From NCBI GenBank assembly GCA_051294375.1, contig CM119263.1:19615377-19679376 (forward strand): a stretch of 64,000 nt of DNA, read 5' to 3'. This stretch comes from Paraspadella gotoi (taxonomy: Eukaryota > Animalia > Chaetognatha). Position numbers and translations under genes: made by a program. The notes below the pieces were generated by a model. That model was not told the origin of the DNA and searched no databases. It saw only the letters and a list, made by a program, of their open reading frames with translations. Positions 16,001 to 31,366 of the stretch are shown here, piece after piece (the stretch's first letter is position 1; every line of letters starts with the position of its first letter).

Positions 16001-17507
16001 CCAACCGCTCAGAGCATTGGGCGTTACGCAGGGGTGATGGTATTGTGTTGCTTTGCTTGGGATCGGCTGATCAGATAAAGATTATGCGGGATCGTCCGTT
16101 CACTCGATGATCTATCCATTCACAGGATTGTTGGATGATAAATAATGATTATTCCCTTTATAAAGGTTGTTATATTTAAGATTATCAATACATTCACAGT
16201 CATGAAGTCTTGCTTTGTCAAATATGATCAGCAGTTAAGTAATTTTTAAAAATTTTATATGATAAACAGCGTATAATCAAGCTTTTTCTTTGCAGTTAAA
16301 GATAATGAATGATATTTTTTTTTTACAGACAAGAAGGTAGAAGCGTCCAGACTTGTTTATATCAAGCTGAAAACATTTTTATTATTTATTATTTTTGTTA
16401 TTTAAAACATTTTCAGCTACTACAAATTTGCTTGTTTTTTAGCTTTAACTGTAAAATACAAAGCAATTATAAAGGTTAGAGAAAATTTAATGGTAATTAA
16501 AATTAATTCAGACTTTCCCCTCTTTTTTAATTACAAAGATAAAACAAAAATTTTATATGCACTTCATTGAAATTTGTAATGCCAAACTGTTACTTTTAAC
16601 ATCGTATTAAAATCGATAGTGCGCTTATAGATTTATTGGAATAAATTTTAACCAAACTTTCTAGAAATGTCTCATGAGTTAGGGCTTTAGATTGATACCT
16701 TACAGCCGCAGCGACCTTGCCTAACCAGTTCAAGTCTTTTTTTTCAAAAAGATATCAAGAAATACTTTTTTTGTTATTACTTTTTTTGCATCTTGCAGTT
16801 TTTTTAACAACCTAACTTTTGGCCTTAAAAATGTGCTAGTTGGGATTGGTTTAAACTTTTTAAATTTTGTCCAAGGATAATATTATATCAGTTCAAAGAG
16901 GCAATGGTAAATAGATTGATTTAAAAAAAGTTTTCGTCTGTTTGCATACATAATTTTTAATACGCTGTAATTTTTGGATTTTGTCAAAAGTAAGTAAATA
17001 AGAGTCAGTAATTACTAGAGAGAGAGAGAGAGAGAGACACTGACAAAGACAGAGATCTAAAAGAAAAAGAGAGAGAATGCTCGCAGTCACGAACATGAGA
17101 GAGAGCAAGTGGGAAAGAGAAAAGAAAAAGGTGAGAGTTTTGGAAAGAGAAAAAGAGAGAGAGAGAGAGAGAAATATAGAGAGAGAGAGAGGGAGATAAA
17201 AAGGAAGAGAGAGCGCTAGATCTTTATTGTATAAATAGCCCTCCTCGCCCGGAGGTGTTTACCCAAAGAGGCGATTTGGCTGATATCGATGGTGTCGTTG
17301 TTGTTTGTTTGTTTTTTTCTTTTTCGTTTCCGCTCGAATCCAACGACGACGAAGATCGAACGACATCTCACGGGGTTTTTTTACTCTAGCGTCACGTGAT
17401 GACAATGTTTTTATTTTTAGTTTTTTTTATAAGGAACGTTTGTTTGTTATTTTATTGCGGACATGAAACGCCTGCCTCGTCGTGGCTGCTCGTCGTGCTC
17501 CTCGTTT

Positions 17508-17538
<31 letters not shown>

Positions 17539-18310
17539 CAACGACTGGAAATGTCGTCGTTTCGCATTAACGCTGTTGCACCGATTGTTGTACATTGTCG
17601 TCGTTGTCGTCGTCGTCGGTAATAAACTAATTCCCATGCGGTTTTGACAGAAAAAGGGAAAAACTTTTCACGAAATTTTTCGTCCGTGAAAAAGAGCCGA
17701 AGTGAAGGGAAACACCATTCACGCCATCTTTCGTCTTCAGACGTTGGCGGAATGGAGAATATTTCGTCTCGCGCCGTCGGCAATCTCTCTTTTTGAATTC
17801 CAGGTATCGCCAACTTCTGCATTTCGGCTCCTGACCTTCGTATCCTAGCAACCGAATCTCGCCTTTTAATTTTTTATTTCCTGTCTGAAAACATCAGAAT
17901 TTCGGTAACAAGACCCAATGACCCATATGTTTCAGCTTCTCACTATTTTCATCATGTATATCTAGATGATTAATTTTCTTTTATCGGATCGTATTTAGCG
18001 ATTTTTCTATGTTATGCATTTCAGGTTGTGAGTTCCTAATTTATTCCGTCGCCTCTACCGTACCAGGATTTTCTTGACTCACGACGTCTGACTGTCAGCA
18101 TCGCTATTCCGTAGTCGAGCAACGGATTCCCAACGTTTGTCAATTTCAAAGTCCGCTGCTTCTCTACTCCCGGCCTCCGTCGCCTGGGGATCGGCGATCG
18201 AATCCCGTCATCTGGATTCAGCGCCACGCCTCTTACCCTAGAAATTACCCGCGTCGCTGTTGCTGCGTCTTAATTTCTAGGTCTCCTCGTCATTAATAGT
18301 TTCTCCTTTT

Positions 18311-18398
<88 letters not shown>

Positions 18399-19480
18399 CC
18401 TCACTCTCCTCTCTCTCCTTCTTTTCCTCTCCTCCCGTCCGTCATTCATTTCGCGGACCCAAAATTGGAACAGGAAACCCAATTTGTTCCAATTAGTCTC
18501 TGGCGTTTGGTCCTCAACCCACCCGTCTCCCACTTACCCAAAAAAAGAGATGGAATTCGTCTTTTGGTCAAAAAAAAACTTTTTTTTTGAGAAGAGGAAT
18601 GGGAAGAGGCAGGGTGGGTCTTCCTTGCTCTGGGGAGCCCCCCTGCAGGAATTATAGCAACGCCTAGAGAGAGAAAGAGAGAGAGTAGAGAGAGAAAGAG
18701 AAGCCCCAGTCTCGTCGGAGACTTTGCTTGCATATATTGCGAATTGCAATGCTGTCGTCAAGCGCGTCCCTTACGCTGATGGCGAAATCCGAGACCGGTG
18801 GCAAAGCGACGAATGGCATCTCGGGTGTCGACAACGTCCCGCCACCAGAGCGTCTTAGTGCGCCTCGCCCTCTCGCCCGACGACACGGCGGGGCTTCGCG
18901 TCGGTCGAGAGCCTTAACGGTTTACCGACAGGTGTTGGTAATGGCCTCTGTTCGGGATGTCGAAGAAAGCAGGTGGTCGCAGGTGCGAGGATGCCGGACG
19001 CCGAAAAAAGAGGAGAGAGAAAAAAAGGGTTCGAGAATCGCGAAAAGGAAGAAAGACGAAAGATTTCGTAACTTTGAATGTTCAGATTGTTCAGATCTTT
19101 TATCTTATACAAACAGATTGGTTTAGAAAGAGACAACCAGCCGATTATTTGAAGGAACGAATCTCAATGAAGGAAGACTCAAAAATTCAGAAAGCTTTAA
19201 GATTCGCCCGAAATCCGCTGCTCCTGCCAAATGCACAGCTCCTGGAAAATGTGATCGTTTTTTCCCGGATTTGCCACTTTTGCCAACTGGTGCGATATTG
19301 GCGTCTGCCGGAATTCAAGGACTTTTTCATCGGATTTGTTTTTGATGGGGTCACTTGTAAATTCTGCGCCCCGCCCTCTCTGCCCGAAAATTAAAGAAAA
19401 TTTATAGAAACCATAAAAAGATTCGAAGGAAAAAAGTCTCCTTAACTCAAAATCTCTCTCTCTCTCTCTCTCTTCTCTCA

Positions 19481-19546
<66 letters not shown>

Positions 19547-21368
19547 CTTTCTATCCTTTTCTGTCTCTATTTTTTAGAATAGTTTGAACAAAAATCGACA
19601 ATTACTTCTACTTCTACTCACTTATGCTACTGTATTCAATTAGACGCAGGAGGCTTCCCGCATCAACACAAGAGGAGTTTCAATATTTTTGCATATTTCT
19701 TCCGATTTTTTTTTTACGAGAGGCAGGAACGAATCTTTGAATCATTGAATCTTTATGAATTTTTAAACGATTTTTCTTTTCGAGGATTTGAGTTCGGAGG
19801 CCTTCAGCGATTTGCATTTGAAAATCGTGAGGAACAAAACGGAAACTGATCAAAAAGGGATGATACATAGAGAAAACCTAGGAATACAACTAAACATTTA
19901 CATATCAAAACAAAACTAAAACAACATAAACCAAATATTAAAAAACAGGACACCGATGATAAAAAAAAAGTCGTAAACAGGCCACCATTAAAAATCCTTC
20001 ATTGTCTTTTCGTCGAAAGGATCCGTATGTTCCGCTTTCCCGCGTTATCAGCCTCGGCTGCGTCGTCGGCTGCGCCGCCGGTAGCGTCAGTGGTGGCGCC
20101 TTCCCTGGAGGATGACACCCATGACGAATTCGCTCCCACCGGCGGGCGCGCGTCCGTACGTGCCCGACGGCGCGTACGTGCCAGTCCGCGTCGCCCTCTC
20201 CCTCTCAATGAGTATCTGTCTTACCCCTCACTTTTTCCTAGCCTCTCCCTTCCTTTCATCATCTTTCTCCTTCCCTTGCTGTCGGCTCCTCACTCACACA
20301 AACCTACGATCCCACACTCAACTTTGTCTACTTGTGGAAGGCGTTGCTGCACCGTTGGCGTGAGCTTGGCGTTGACATCGAGGAAAATTGGCGCAGAACT
20401 GAACTGACGCTCTACGCATACAGATTACGGACGATGCCGGCCGACTTGGGCGTGGCAAAAGGAAAACCAAATTCGAGTAATTTTTTTTCTTTTATATTGG
20501 AATTCGACTCCCTCGTTATATTCCTCATTGCTCTCGATCTTATCTTCATTACTGTCGATGTTAATCTGTTGTCACTGATCCTTTCGTCAATTATATATGT
20601 TTATCTTACTAAGTTGACAATTTTGTTGCTGCAATTAGCTGTTAAGCTCTGTAAAATCCTTTTGATGTAGAGTACTTGAATATTATTAAAATTAGACAAA
20701 AATAAGAAATGCCCAAACTATTTATTTTTATTTATTTTTTGCGTCTATTTTATAGTTTTCAATAACTTGATAGAGTTCGATGTATATTACAAAGTTTTAG
20801 CTAAGTACGTAAATCCAAACACAATAGTATATTTCCGGCGACGCGATTAGTCAAAATGCCGTTCTTATAGAGACGCTGGTGACTGTCTCGATAAGGTCGG
20901 CTCCGCGCACACTACGACGTTCGTCCGTCTTATAGGTTAGTATGCAGGGAGGTCGGCGGATTCACTGGAGAGACCAGTAGAGACGACGGAGGAAGCGAAG
21001 AGAACCCCCGAGAAATATTTCGCAGTGATTCTGGGACGAAATTCGGCAGCGTCGACCTCAAACTTGTCGGCGCAACGACAAGTTTTCAGAAATATATCTT
21101 CTATGATGTTCTAAAAATCTCTTCCGATTTAAAAAAAAGCATATATGTCTTTTAAATGGGCAGAGCTCGGGGTTGTGGGAGGGAATTCGAAGCGCGCTGT
21201 TTAAGGGCTGGAAAAAAGGGGTCTTGGGTCATTTGGACTGACTTGAAGAAACGAACGAAAATGGCGTTTAAACCGATGCTCGCACATGTGCCGTCGGGGG
21301 ACATTTATCCCGGGCGGTTCGCGGTCCAAGTGCCTCGTTATTGGAATGAGGGAGATAGAGAGCGAGCG

Positions 21369-21410
<42 letters not shown>

Positions 21411-24400
21411 TCCTTATTTGATATACGGGCCTCAAAGGAGTTCGTCGTCGCGGTGCTTTCGAGAGAGGGAATGGTTCAAACGTGAAAGTTGTTCTCAAAA
21501 TTGGTCATGTAAAGACGAAACAGCTGAGATCTCTCTCAAGTGTTAAAATTTGGGCGATAATTCGAGCGACTGTTAAAGCATACATCGCACCAGCATTGAG
21601 CAGTGAAAAATTGTTATTTCGCGTTTAAAGTTGCATTCGTAGCGACTCGCGAGAAAATTAGTTTCAAAGCTTAACGCAGACTTAGAAAACTGTTGTCAAT
21701 GTTCTTAGGCTTTTGACTCTGGCGAAGCTGAGGAACAAGATTTATTAGCATTCCGTGGCAATATAGCTTTAATATGTGACGGACGATGCTCCGTTACTGA
21801 TCCGTCAAACTCGATGATTGATATCACCTTGCCGCGTTCCGCTACGTCGTATTGCGTCTCGCAGTGTCTTTTCTGTACGTCTCGCTGCGACGCATTGCAT
21901 CTTGCATCTCTCTACTTTACTTATTGCTGCTAACTCACTTTTGTTTGTCGGCTTACTTTATCGTGTTGGGTTTTGCTGCATTCCTCTTCGTCTTTCAGCA
22001 TAGAGCATCATGAGCCCTTTACTTTATCCTTTTGCATTAAGCTGTAGCATATTTTACCTCTCACTATTTCAGCTGCTTCTCGTTGTGTTTTCATTTCGAT
22101 ACGTCGTGTTACGTCATGCTGCGAGAATCGTTTAATTTCTATATGGCGTCGACGTCTGCCCTACTTATTTCCCCTCGAACGACGAGCTTAACCGAATTCT
22201 TCTTAAATCACTTTCTGACCTACAATCGTCTCCACTCGATAATTTATTTTTGTCTTTCTAAAAAGCATTATGTATTTATGATTATGATTTTTTTCTTCGT
22301 TTTCAATTTGAGGATCGCTCTAGTTTCATTTTGACTATTTGCCGCATTTTACAGTGCACCTTTTACAGTTCGAATTTTATTTTATTTTTTACCTTCTAAC
22401 ATTTTACAATTATTCCTTTTCCATTACAATCCTCGCCATTGCCATTTGTCTGATATCCCAAATGCCATTATCCCACATTCGACCGACTTTGTCGTCGTAA
22501 TTCGTGATGTTCTTCTTTTTCCATCTTTTCGACTTTTCATTCAATCCAGCCACATAAAACCAAGATTTTTGTGACTCGCCTTCATTATCATTTTCTAATA
22601 AAGACTCATCGATGATTTAATGTCGTTAAAGATTCAAAACAAATCTTTCTTTTGTCATAGACAATACCTTACCCCATCAAGGATAGAAACCCAACATCAT
22701 ACGTTCGATACCGAGAGAAAATGAACTCTTTTCGTCGCGAAACAGTGCCCATTGCCCAAACTCAATACCGATCGGCGCCTATTCCTATTTTTATCATATA
22801 AGAGAAGAACTTTTGATTCAACCGAAATAATATTATAGAGGGATATTAGTTAAGCTAAGTATACTGCTATTTAGGACCCCATAACTCCTTACTTCATACC
22901 TAACTATTCAGTTCGTTAAATGAATTAAAAAATTAGAAAAAATAAGTTTGATTATGTAGCATAATGTTTGATTATAAATAAAGCAAAAATAAAACAGATT
23001 TTTATGAAATATACATGTACATGGCGGACGTAGAGCCAAAAATCCTCCTTCGATTTTCCCGCCCTTTCTCGCTGGATCCCTTCACTCTTTAAATATGTAA
23101 ATCACAAGAAAAAAATGTTTTTTTAACTTTTTTTTAAACTTCTTTCTCAGAGCTCTGTTTTCTTCTTTTACATTCACTGCGTCTTCAATAACTCCCGTCT
23201 TAATTCATGAACTGTTTGCATTCATTCCCGTTCTCGCAATCTTTCATCATGGCGGCGAGATTCATACGAGATTGTTTGGTAACCAAAAATTGAGTTATGT
23301 AATAAAGTGGAATGACATCTGATAATGTTTGTGAGTCCTTCGTGTTGGTTGAACATTTACCTCTGTTTAACACCGTTAAAAAAAAACTGTCTGGAACACG
23401 ACTACTGTCGACTCTGTGAATCGCCGCTGAGTCCCAGCCCTTCACCCCCCTATTTTCCTATCCCCTTCTTTGTCGCCGTTCCGCGGTTTTTTTGAATTTT
23501 TTAGCTCGGGCGGTGATAAGGAGGGTTTTTAGTTGGACAAACAAAAGGCTTCGACGAAAACGCGCGGGAAAACGAAGGGAGAAGAAAGAAAAAAAAAAAA
23601 AAGAGAAAAAATTATTGAAATGACGCGCCTTTGTATTTTCTTCTCTGGTCGGTGTTTATTCGTCTTGCTCCTTGGTCTTTCTTTCCCTAAGTTTTGACAT
23701 TTTTTTCCCTGATTTTCTGTTGTAAACTTTCATAAATCGCAATGACGTGAGGTAAAAGACAACTCAGTCAGACCCATGTCTCAAGCTTTTTTTTTCTTTT
23801 AAAACGGAAATTTTTTGTTTAAAGACGATATTCATACCGATCCCATTACACAGTCTCACAGTCTCTCGACCTCGCAGCTTCTCAAACTTCGCCTTTCCCT
23901 TTTGTCCGTCTTCGATCTTCTTCTTCCTCCTAAAACTTTTTTCCTTTTCATTTCCTTTCCTCGACTCAAACCTTTCGCTCGATTCTCTCCAACGCCCACA
24001 ATCTCCGCCCCTTTCATTCAGTCATTTCGCTTCAGACCGTCTCCCGGTTTGTACCCTTTGGTATTTCATCATTCATCATTTCCCTTTATTAAATGATGGC
24101 TCAGCCCGCCTTCCCATCGCCCCTTGAATTGTTTCGCACCCTCTCCATTCTCCAACCCTCCGCAAACCCCATGTCCCGTGCAACGAGCCGACTTTTTACC
24201 TCGCCACTCCTTATTTGGACCACGCCCACCAGAGGGCCGAACTCTGTGAACCATTAACGTGAGTAAACATTCATTTCCAACTCGCGACGCTCTTTTCCTT
24301 CTAAACTAAATGTTTTCGGGGTCGCGGGGGTCAAAAGAGTCCCAGAATGACGTCTGGGGAAAAGTGGGGGGCGGGGTAGGACAAGGAAAAGTGGCGACGA

Positions 24401-25900
24401 GTTGAGGAGATGAGGAAGTTAAGATCAGAGACATGAATTGGATAAGTGGTTTAGAGTTTATACGAATGGAAAAGAGTCACGAGTAAAGGGCTAAGGCGAG
24501 GGACCTCGACCAGTTTAGTTAGATCCATGGTAAGTAGGGTAAGGGGCTGAATCTTAACAGATTTTGGACGATGGACAAATGATTTTAATAGATTCAATTT
24601 CCAGAAAAAAATGATAATTGAAGCACAGCGTATGCACTCTCTGCTGTTTGGAGGAAAGAAATTAGCAATGATTTTTTTAAAATACCCATCTCATCCCGAT
24701 CCCAGGTACGTACAACTTGCGTCTTTACTAAGAATTTATAAAACCATTTAAATTCTCATTTCGTATTAATTTTCCGCGCAGTAAACAATGCAACGGTAAA
24801 TGGTTCGCTTCCGTTGCCTGTCCATCTGCAATATCGCTGCGAGCCTGCGACCGACATCCATTTCGCGTTTCCCCCTTTCGCTTCGAACTCACATCTGCTT
24901 TCCTCGACGACGCCGGCCTTTTTGCTTTTCACGGATTTATCCCTCGCTCCGCTTTTCAATCAATTTTTTTTTTTAAAGGGGAACCACTTCGCCACTTTGC
25001 CATTTTGCCGCCGGATGGCGTGACCGATTTGCCATTTTGCCATTTTCCCCCCCCGCTGGCCACCTCGCCCCTTTCTTCGGTTCTCGCCCGGAGTTTCTCT
25101 TCTATTTTCTGCCTTCGTTTCGGTCGCAGAGGTTTTCTGGTCATCAGGCTGACCTTCGTTGTTGTCGCAAACCTTGGTCGTCGTCGTCGGCCTCTTCGCC
25201 CTCGTCGTCGACTTATTCGTCGTCGTCTTCTAGTTTTCTTATTGGTCATCGTCGTCGTCGTCGACTCTCGCTTTCCTTAAAAGATTTGTCACCAACTGAA
25301 AGGGAAGGCTAAAAAGAGGCGAGCCGCGAGGGGGGAGGGGGAGGAAGCGGGGAGGAAGAGAAGGGGGAGGAGATGTTAATTTGGCTTCGGCCAAATTCTA
25401 GAGGAGCATAGAGTCGAGGACTTTCGCGGTGTCGAGAAGAAAAAGGGGCCAGTTAATTGAGTCTAAGTTTAGGACAAGAGAAACAGTTGAGCGACGCAGT
25501 TGAGGCTGAGTCACTTTCCATCATTTTACGGTCGACGGCTTCAAATTGAAAAAAAAGCTAAGGAAAGGTATTTATTCAATGAAAATTAAACTTTATTTCT
25601 GACAATTTCCGTAGTGTCCTGATATCTCGTGGGTATAATATAAAGCCCATGACATGGATATGTAAAAAAAGCAGGTAAATTTAGTGATGAGGTGATAATT
25701 AAATTCAACTTTCACGATGCAACGATATGATAGGAAAAAAGCGATTAAAACTGATTAGGCGTCTCCAGGAAACTGGAAACAACGACGACGTCAACGACGC
25801 GGCAAAGCACGCGTCAAACACTGGGGCAGATATGGTGACAGACGTTGAAAGAGGAAAGACCAGAAAAAAATGAACAAGGTTAACGAAGAGAATGGCGGTT

Positions 25901-25945
<45 letters not shown>

Positions 25946-27119
25946 TCTCTTCTCTCTTCTCTCTCTTCTCTCATCTCTCTCCTCTCTCTCTTCCGCAAAA
26001 CACGCTATCAACGACACAAGCGTCACAACGAAGCGTGACGCCACCCTTTCAAAACCTTCGTTAATCTAAGATGAAAGAGAAAAAAACAATTTAGCGAACT
26101 TTTCTTCGTTAAATCGAATTTCGTGAAGAAGACGAATGAATGAGGAGAGGAAAAAGAGAAAAAGGGAAAAGAAGTGAGGCCATCATGAAGGTGAGGTAAC
26201 GATGGCAGCCGCGTAATGACTCTGGCATTCCCTGAAATTGCAAAGAAAGAAGTCGCTTCAATAGACCGATAACCGTGAGACGGCAGTTGAGGACTGCGGC
26301 AGCGGCGGCAGCGGCGAAGGAGGCTGCGGCTGCGAGGAGAGTGGCGTTAAAGGGGAGTGGTCGTAAAAAATGCGGCGAAGCAGGAATTAAATAGAATAAT
26401 TAGATAGCATCTCTCCATTAACTGAATTTCACTGAAGATAACAAAGACTGCCATCTAAGTAAATGTCAACTGTGGGCGAAGACTATGATGAACTGGAAAT
26501 TGGTGGTTCCCCTGGTACGAGTGCGGGAGGTTGAAGTTTCTCGTCGAAAGTCGGTTATGTTTGCTGCTAATATTAAGTTAAGTATAAATATTGAAGATAG
26601 CGTAAGGATGGATGAGTCTCGAAAGTTGCTGCTTCAAGGCCATGAAAAATGAGGGTCATGGAGGATATTCCCGCCCCTTGGGAAAAAGAAGTAAAAAAAA
26701 AAGATTAAAAGCAAATATTACAGATTGTATAGTGTCAAAATGAGATGTGAAGTTGTCCACAGTTGTTATATTGTCGTCCGAGCATTTTTGTAATCTCCTC
26801 GATGTCTTCATCTGAGGCGCTTTGTGAGTGTTGTTTTTGTTGTTGTAGTTGTTTGTGTTTACCTGGAGAAATAATTTGAGTTTTTTGTGATTAAGTCTTC
26901 GTGGTCGTGATATTTCTCATCTTACAACTCATTTTTTAAGTTGACCTCCTTGAGAAGAGGACACTGTTCTTTTAATTGTTGTCTTTGTCGACTTCGGTTT
27001 GAAGTTGCGTCCTCAAATCGTTAAAAAGACGGACGTTTCTTCCTTTGATGCGGCACCGTAGTTTTTAACGAGAGAGAGAAAGAGAAAGAGAGAGAGAGAG
27101 AGGAGAGGAGAGGAGAGAG

Positions 27120-27156
<37 letters not shown>

Positions 27157-27159
27157 TGG

Positions 27160-27212
<53 letters not shown>

Positions 27213-28477
27213 GAGAGAGAGAGAGTAGAGCAGAGAGAGAGCGTGCTCATTTGGCACTAAGCGCGCGATGCCGAGTCTCGATCGCTCACCTTGGAACAAT
27301 TTCTTTTCGCCCCCGCGATGTTTAAAAGGGAGAAAAGGTGAGGTGAGGTGAGGTGAGGTGAGGAGGGCGGGAGCGGAAATGAAAGGGTAAGGAAAGGAAT
27401 AAAGGAGGAAGAGAAGAAAGAAACTGAAAAATGGGGGAAGAAAGAGAAGTAAAGAAGAAGGAAAGGAGGAGAACATAAGATCAAAAGGAAGCGAAAAAAA
27501 GAGGAAAAAAAAAGAAGAAAAATAAGTAAAACCGAAGCTTGAAAGAAGTCCTACGTTTTATAAGGTAAACATGAAAACCAAAGAGACCGAAAAGATACCG
27601 GAACGTCGTTAAAGTCTTGAAACAGAATTTTTGTCATTTTTGTCAATCAGTTATTACTCTAGTCCGAGCGATCCTGAGTAATACCCGGGTACAATGAACA
27701 ATTGAACATGTCTAAACCTGTCAATTGTCTAAGCTGACTTGAGGTACGTCAAATAAGAAAAAAAATAATAAGTTTTTCAAAAAATAAAATTTGCTTCCAT
27801 CGAATGATTTACATCCATCTATTTCCTCCTCTCTTTTCGGAAATGGAAATGGAAATGGAAATGGAAATACATAAATTTTCTGCCTCAAAAATTCAAATGA
27901 GTTTTTCGGATTTGATACTTTCGAAATTCTTGCCGCGAAACTTGACATTTCTACGACGACGACGACGACGACGACGACGAAAAGTAAGATTTTCTTTTGT
28001 CAATTCTTCCCTTTTTTAAATCGCCATGTTGCTACACAGTTTCGAGGTTGCGGCAGACAGATTGAAGGGTAATGAAACTAAATTTTAAGGTAATTTACTG
28101 GACTGCTTCTCTGACGCAGGGTCGACGAAAAATCGTCGGCATCCAACTTTATTTATTATTTTTTTTTTTAATGTTTTTTTATTTAATTCAGAAAGGTTGA
28201 GTCGTTGTAGCAGAAGAAAAGAGTGAAAATGAATCTTCCGTCACTGAAAAAGAAAAAAAAACTATACATCGCCTCCGCTGATGGCGAGGGGGGGGAGGAA
28301 AGGGAAGAAAGGGAGCGGCTCAATGATTTATGGTTCGGAACGGCGACCGCGCCGTGACGGTCGGCGTCCTCGATGTGGCCTCCGTCGTCCGTCCCTCGCA
28401 GCAGAAGGCAAAACTGGACGGAAATCACCGTGTTCCTCCTGAAATCCTCGGCTCTCTGCGTCAACGGCTTCACCACC

Positions 28478-28558
28478 CTCTCACATTCTCACACCTCCTC
28501 ATCCCCTCTCACATCCCTCATTCCCTTCTCACATTCTCACACCTCCTCATTCCCTCTC
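28478..28558. repeat. Short tandem duplication (~50-bp period)
   Basis: ctcacattctcacacctcctcat occurs twice. Confidence 0.8.
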
Positions 28559-29075
28559 CTCCGAACGATCGATCCAAAATAAATCTCTTTTACGCTCAAT
28601 TTTTTTTCTCTCTTTTTTTTTTCTTTTCCCGCGTATTATTTTCACGGTGGCGACGGGCGACGCCGCCTTTTGTTTATTCCAACATAAAACATGACCATAA
28701 CCATCATGGCCGCGTCCGCCGCGCCCTCCAGGGAGCCCTCTCGGAATCTCGCTGGGGGCCTTTTAAGCGCGATTTTTTTTTCCTCTCGATATCGAGATAT
28801 ATGTGAGGACCAATGGTCATCTCACGATCCGAAACGGTTTCAAGTTTAAAGGTTTAACTGTTCATTAGCGACATTAGCGAATACATCGAGAAATACATCC
28901 TAGTCATCAGTAATCCCCAAAAAAAATTTATATGCAAAAATTCTGTATTAAATGTATTTTTTAAATTTGTAAATAACAAAATTGTCAAGTTTCCGATATC
29001 CAAAGAAATTACTCGACGGATTGATTCAATTATTTTAAAATGAACATGTACCTGACCTACTACTTTTTGTTTTTC

Positions 29076-29154
<79 letters not shown>

Positions 29155-30580
29155 ACACACACACTTATCCCCTTTTACTGTCTCTCCTCTTCTCTTTCTC
29201 CTCGCCCTTTTATTCCTTCTCCGCTTGAACGTGCGTCAAAGTTTTCCCGCCATTAAAAAGCTTTATGGCGCCCAGAGATTCGCTAACGAGGTGGCGCAAC
29301 TTCTGTATCGACAGTCGACACGTTAATTCGTGAAGAAACGCGGAGAAAAAAAAACTGGGGAAGGAATTTACGCGGGTTCGGGATCGAGGAGAGAAGGAAG
29401 AGATGACGGGGGGGGGGAAAGCGGCGCTGACGAGAATGGATGAGAGAGATTTGAAAACTGTTCCTTCAGTCTTGTCTTGACTCAAACCGCTTCTTTAATA
29501 TTTCTCATTTTTTTGATAATATAATATTCTTCGAGTCAGAAAGAAAAATAAGGAAAGGCTGAGAGATAAAGAGAGAGAGTTATATTTATTCTAATCTTCT
29601 AATCTTTTTTTGTCTCGTCAATTTATAGATTTGATTTATTTTTTAAGAACAACTTGGAATTCTACTCGACGTACCGCCTTCAGACCGAACAAAAGGTTTC
29701 CCCTATCAAGTATTGGCAAATTGATTTTTCACTGGAAATATCAAATGAAAGATACAGAAAATGTCGTGAAACCCAAAGGGGGTCCATCGAAAAGGGCGCC
29801 AGGTTTCCGTCTGACTTCGACGTCCATTGGGTCGAATTGTCGCTTGTGACTCAATGGGCCATTCGGTCGTTCGGTATCCGGCGTCTGTTGCTCTCCCGAT
29901 TACAATTCCGGTTTCAGTTTCGATTTAGTTTCCGGTTCCACTCGCGTTTCCTGCGTGATTTCCTCTGGCGGAAAACAATTCAAAACAAAACAAAACTCGA
30001 GTGCGAGAACAAGGTTTTAGTGAAAAAAAGAAGGAAAACAATGCTTTCAATTTTTTTTTTTAGATAATACTTTGGCTAAACATTTGGGAGAATTATACGT
30101 TATTATGTATGTACAAGAATGTTGATGTCAACTCCGGACGTCTTTCCGACAATCCCAGACAGATTGCCTGATGAAGGAAGCTAACGATTTTCTCAGCGTC
30201 AACGCCAGTTTAACGCTATTCTTTAAAATGGTGGCGCCGCCATCAGGAAGCTCGTCGACCATCTACGTTGGCGTCGAACAAGGGATTTCTGAGAAAAGAT
30301 TTCGATTCCTTTTTTCACTCTTGACGCTATTTTTAAAAATGCGCATAAATCAGCATATATCAACAAACAAACGAAGATCTTAAGCGTGATGATCATTTAA
30401 AACAAATATTTTGGCGACGCCATCCTTCATCGAGTATCTTCCTTTGTCCTTTGTCGTCGCTTCCTTTTTTTCTCTTTTTTTTCCTTTCTCTGTTTTTTTT
30501 TTGTTGTCCGCTGTTCGTCCCTCGATCCCTTATCCGCCTTCTCACTTACTCACTTTCGCTCTTGATTTCCTTTGCGTCTC

Positions 30581-30673
<93 letters not shown>

Positions 30674-30949
30674 ACCAGCTTGAGTTCATCAAAAAAGAAA
30701 GTATTGTTGTTTTCGATCGACAATTTTGATTCCTTCGATTGAAGGCGGCGCCGGTTGGAATGGAAGGTGCGCGCCCGTCGCTCAATGGCGCAACGGCTGA
30801 TGCAGTGCGGCGTCGTCGTATTTTGTCGCCGGCGTTTCGATGACGAGGTAGAAACGGCGCCGGCTATTTGGTTCCAATTTTGGGTTTCGTTTCAAAACTC
30901 GGTTTTGACGATTTCGTCGTCGTCGTTCGCCACGACTTTCCTCTGTTTG

Positions 30950-30996
30950 GTCTTTTGTTCGTGTTTTGACTCGGGGGTCATGGGTTCGATTCCCAA
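30950..30996 (+). other. Degenerate tRNA-like/SINE-head fragment (Pol III B box)
   Basis: ggtcaTGGGTTCGATTCCCA forms a T-arm with a consensus B box. The D arm and acceptor stem cannot be folded, so this is not a functional tRNA. Confidence 0.3.
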
Positions 30997-31285
30997 ACCG
31001 TTCTTGCTTTTTGGAAAGGGGCTTCTCTGTTTTCATGATTAATGACGGGGTCGCAGCTGTTTTTAGAATACTTTTTCTTTTCCTACTTCAAAGAATTTTA
31101 GCGCTTTTTCGTTTTGTTTTGTTTTTTTATTTATTTTTCGACAGAATCGATTGTTTGTTTTTCATTAATAAATGAATAAAATCTTCAGGACGATTTTTTT
31201 CGCTTAGAGTAAATGTTTCGTATCTGTTATCAAAAATTGTTACAATACTTGTGGATTCCTGTTCATTTTTTTGCATTATATCTAT

Positions 31286-31366
<81 letters not shown>

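Noticed and set aside
30950-30996. tRNA gene
   Set aside because: Only the T-arm/B box is present; no complete cloverleaf.
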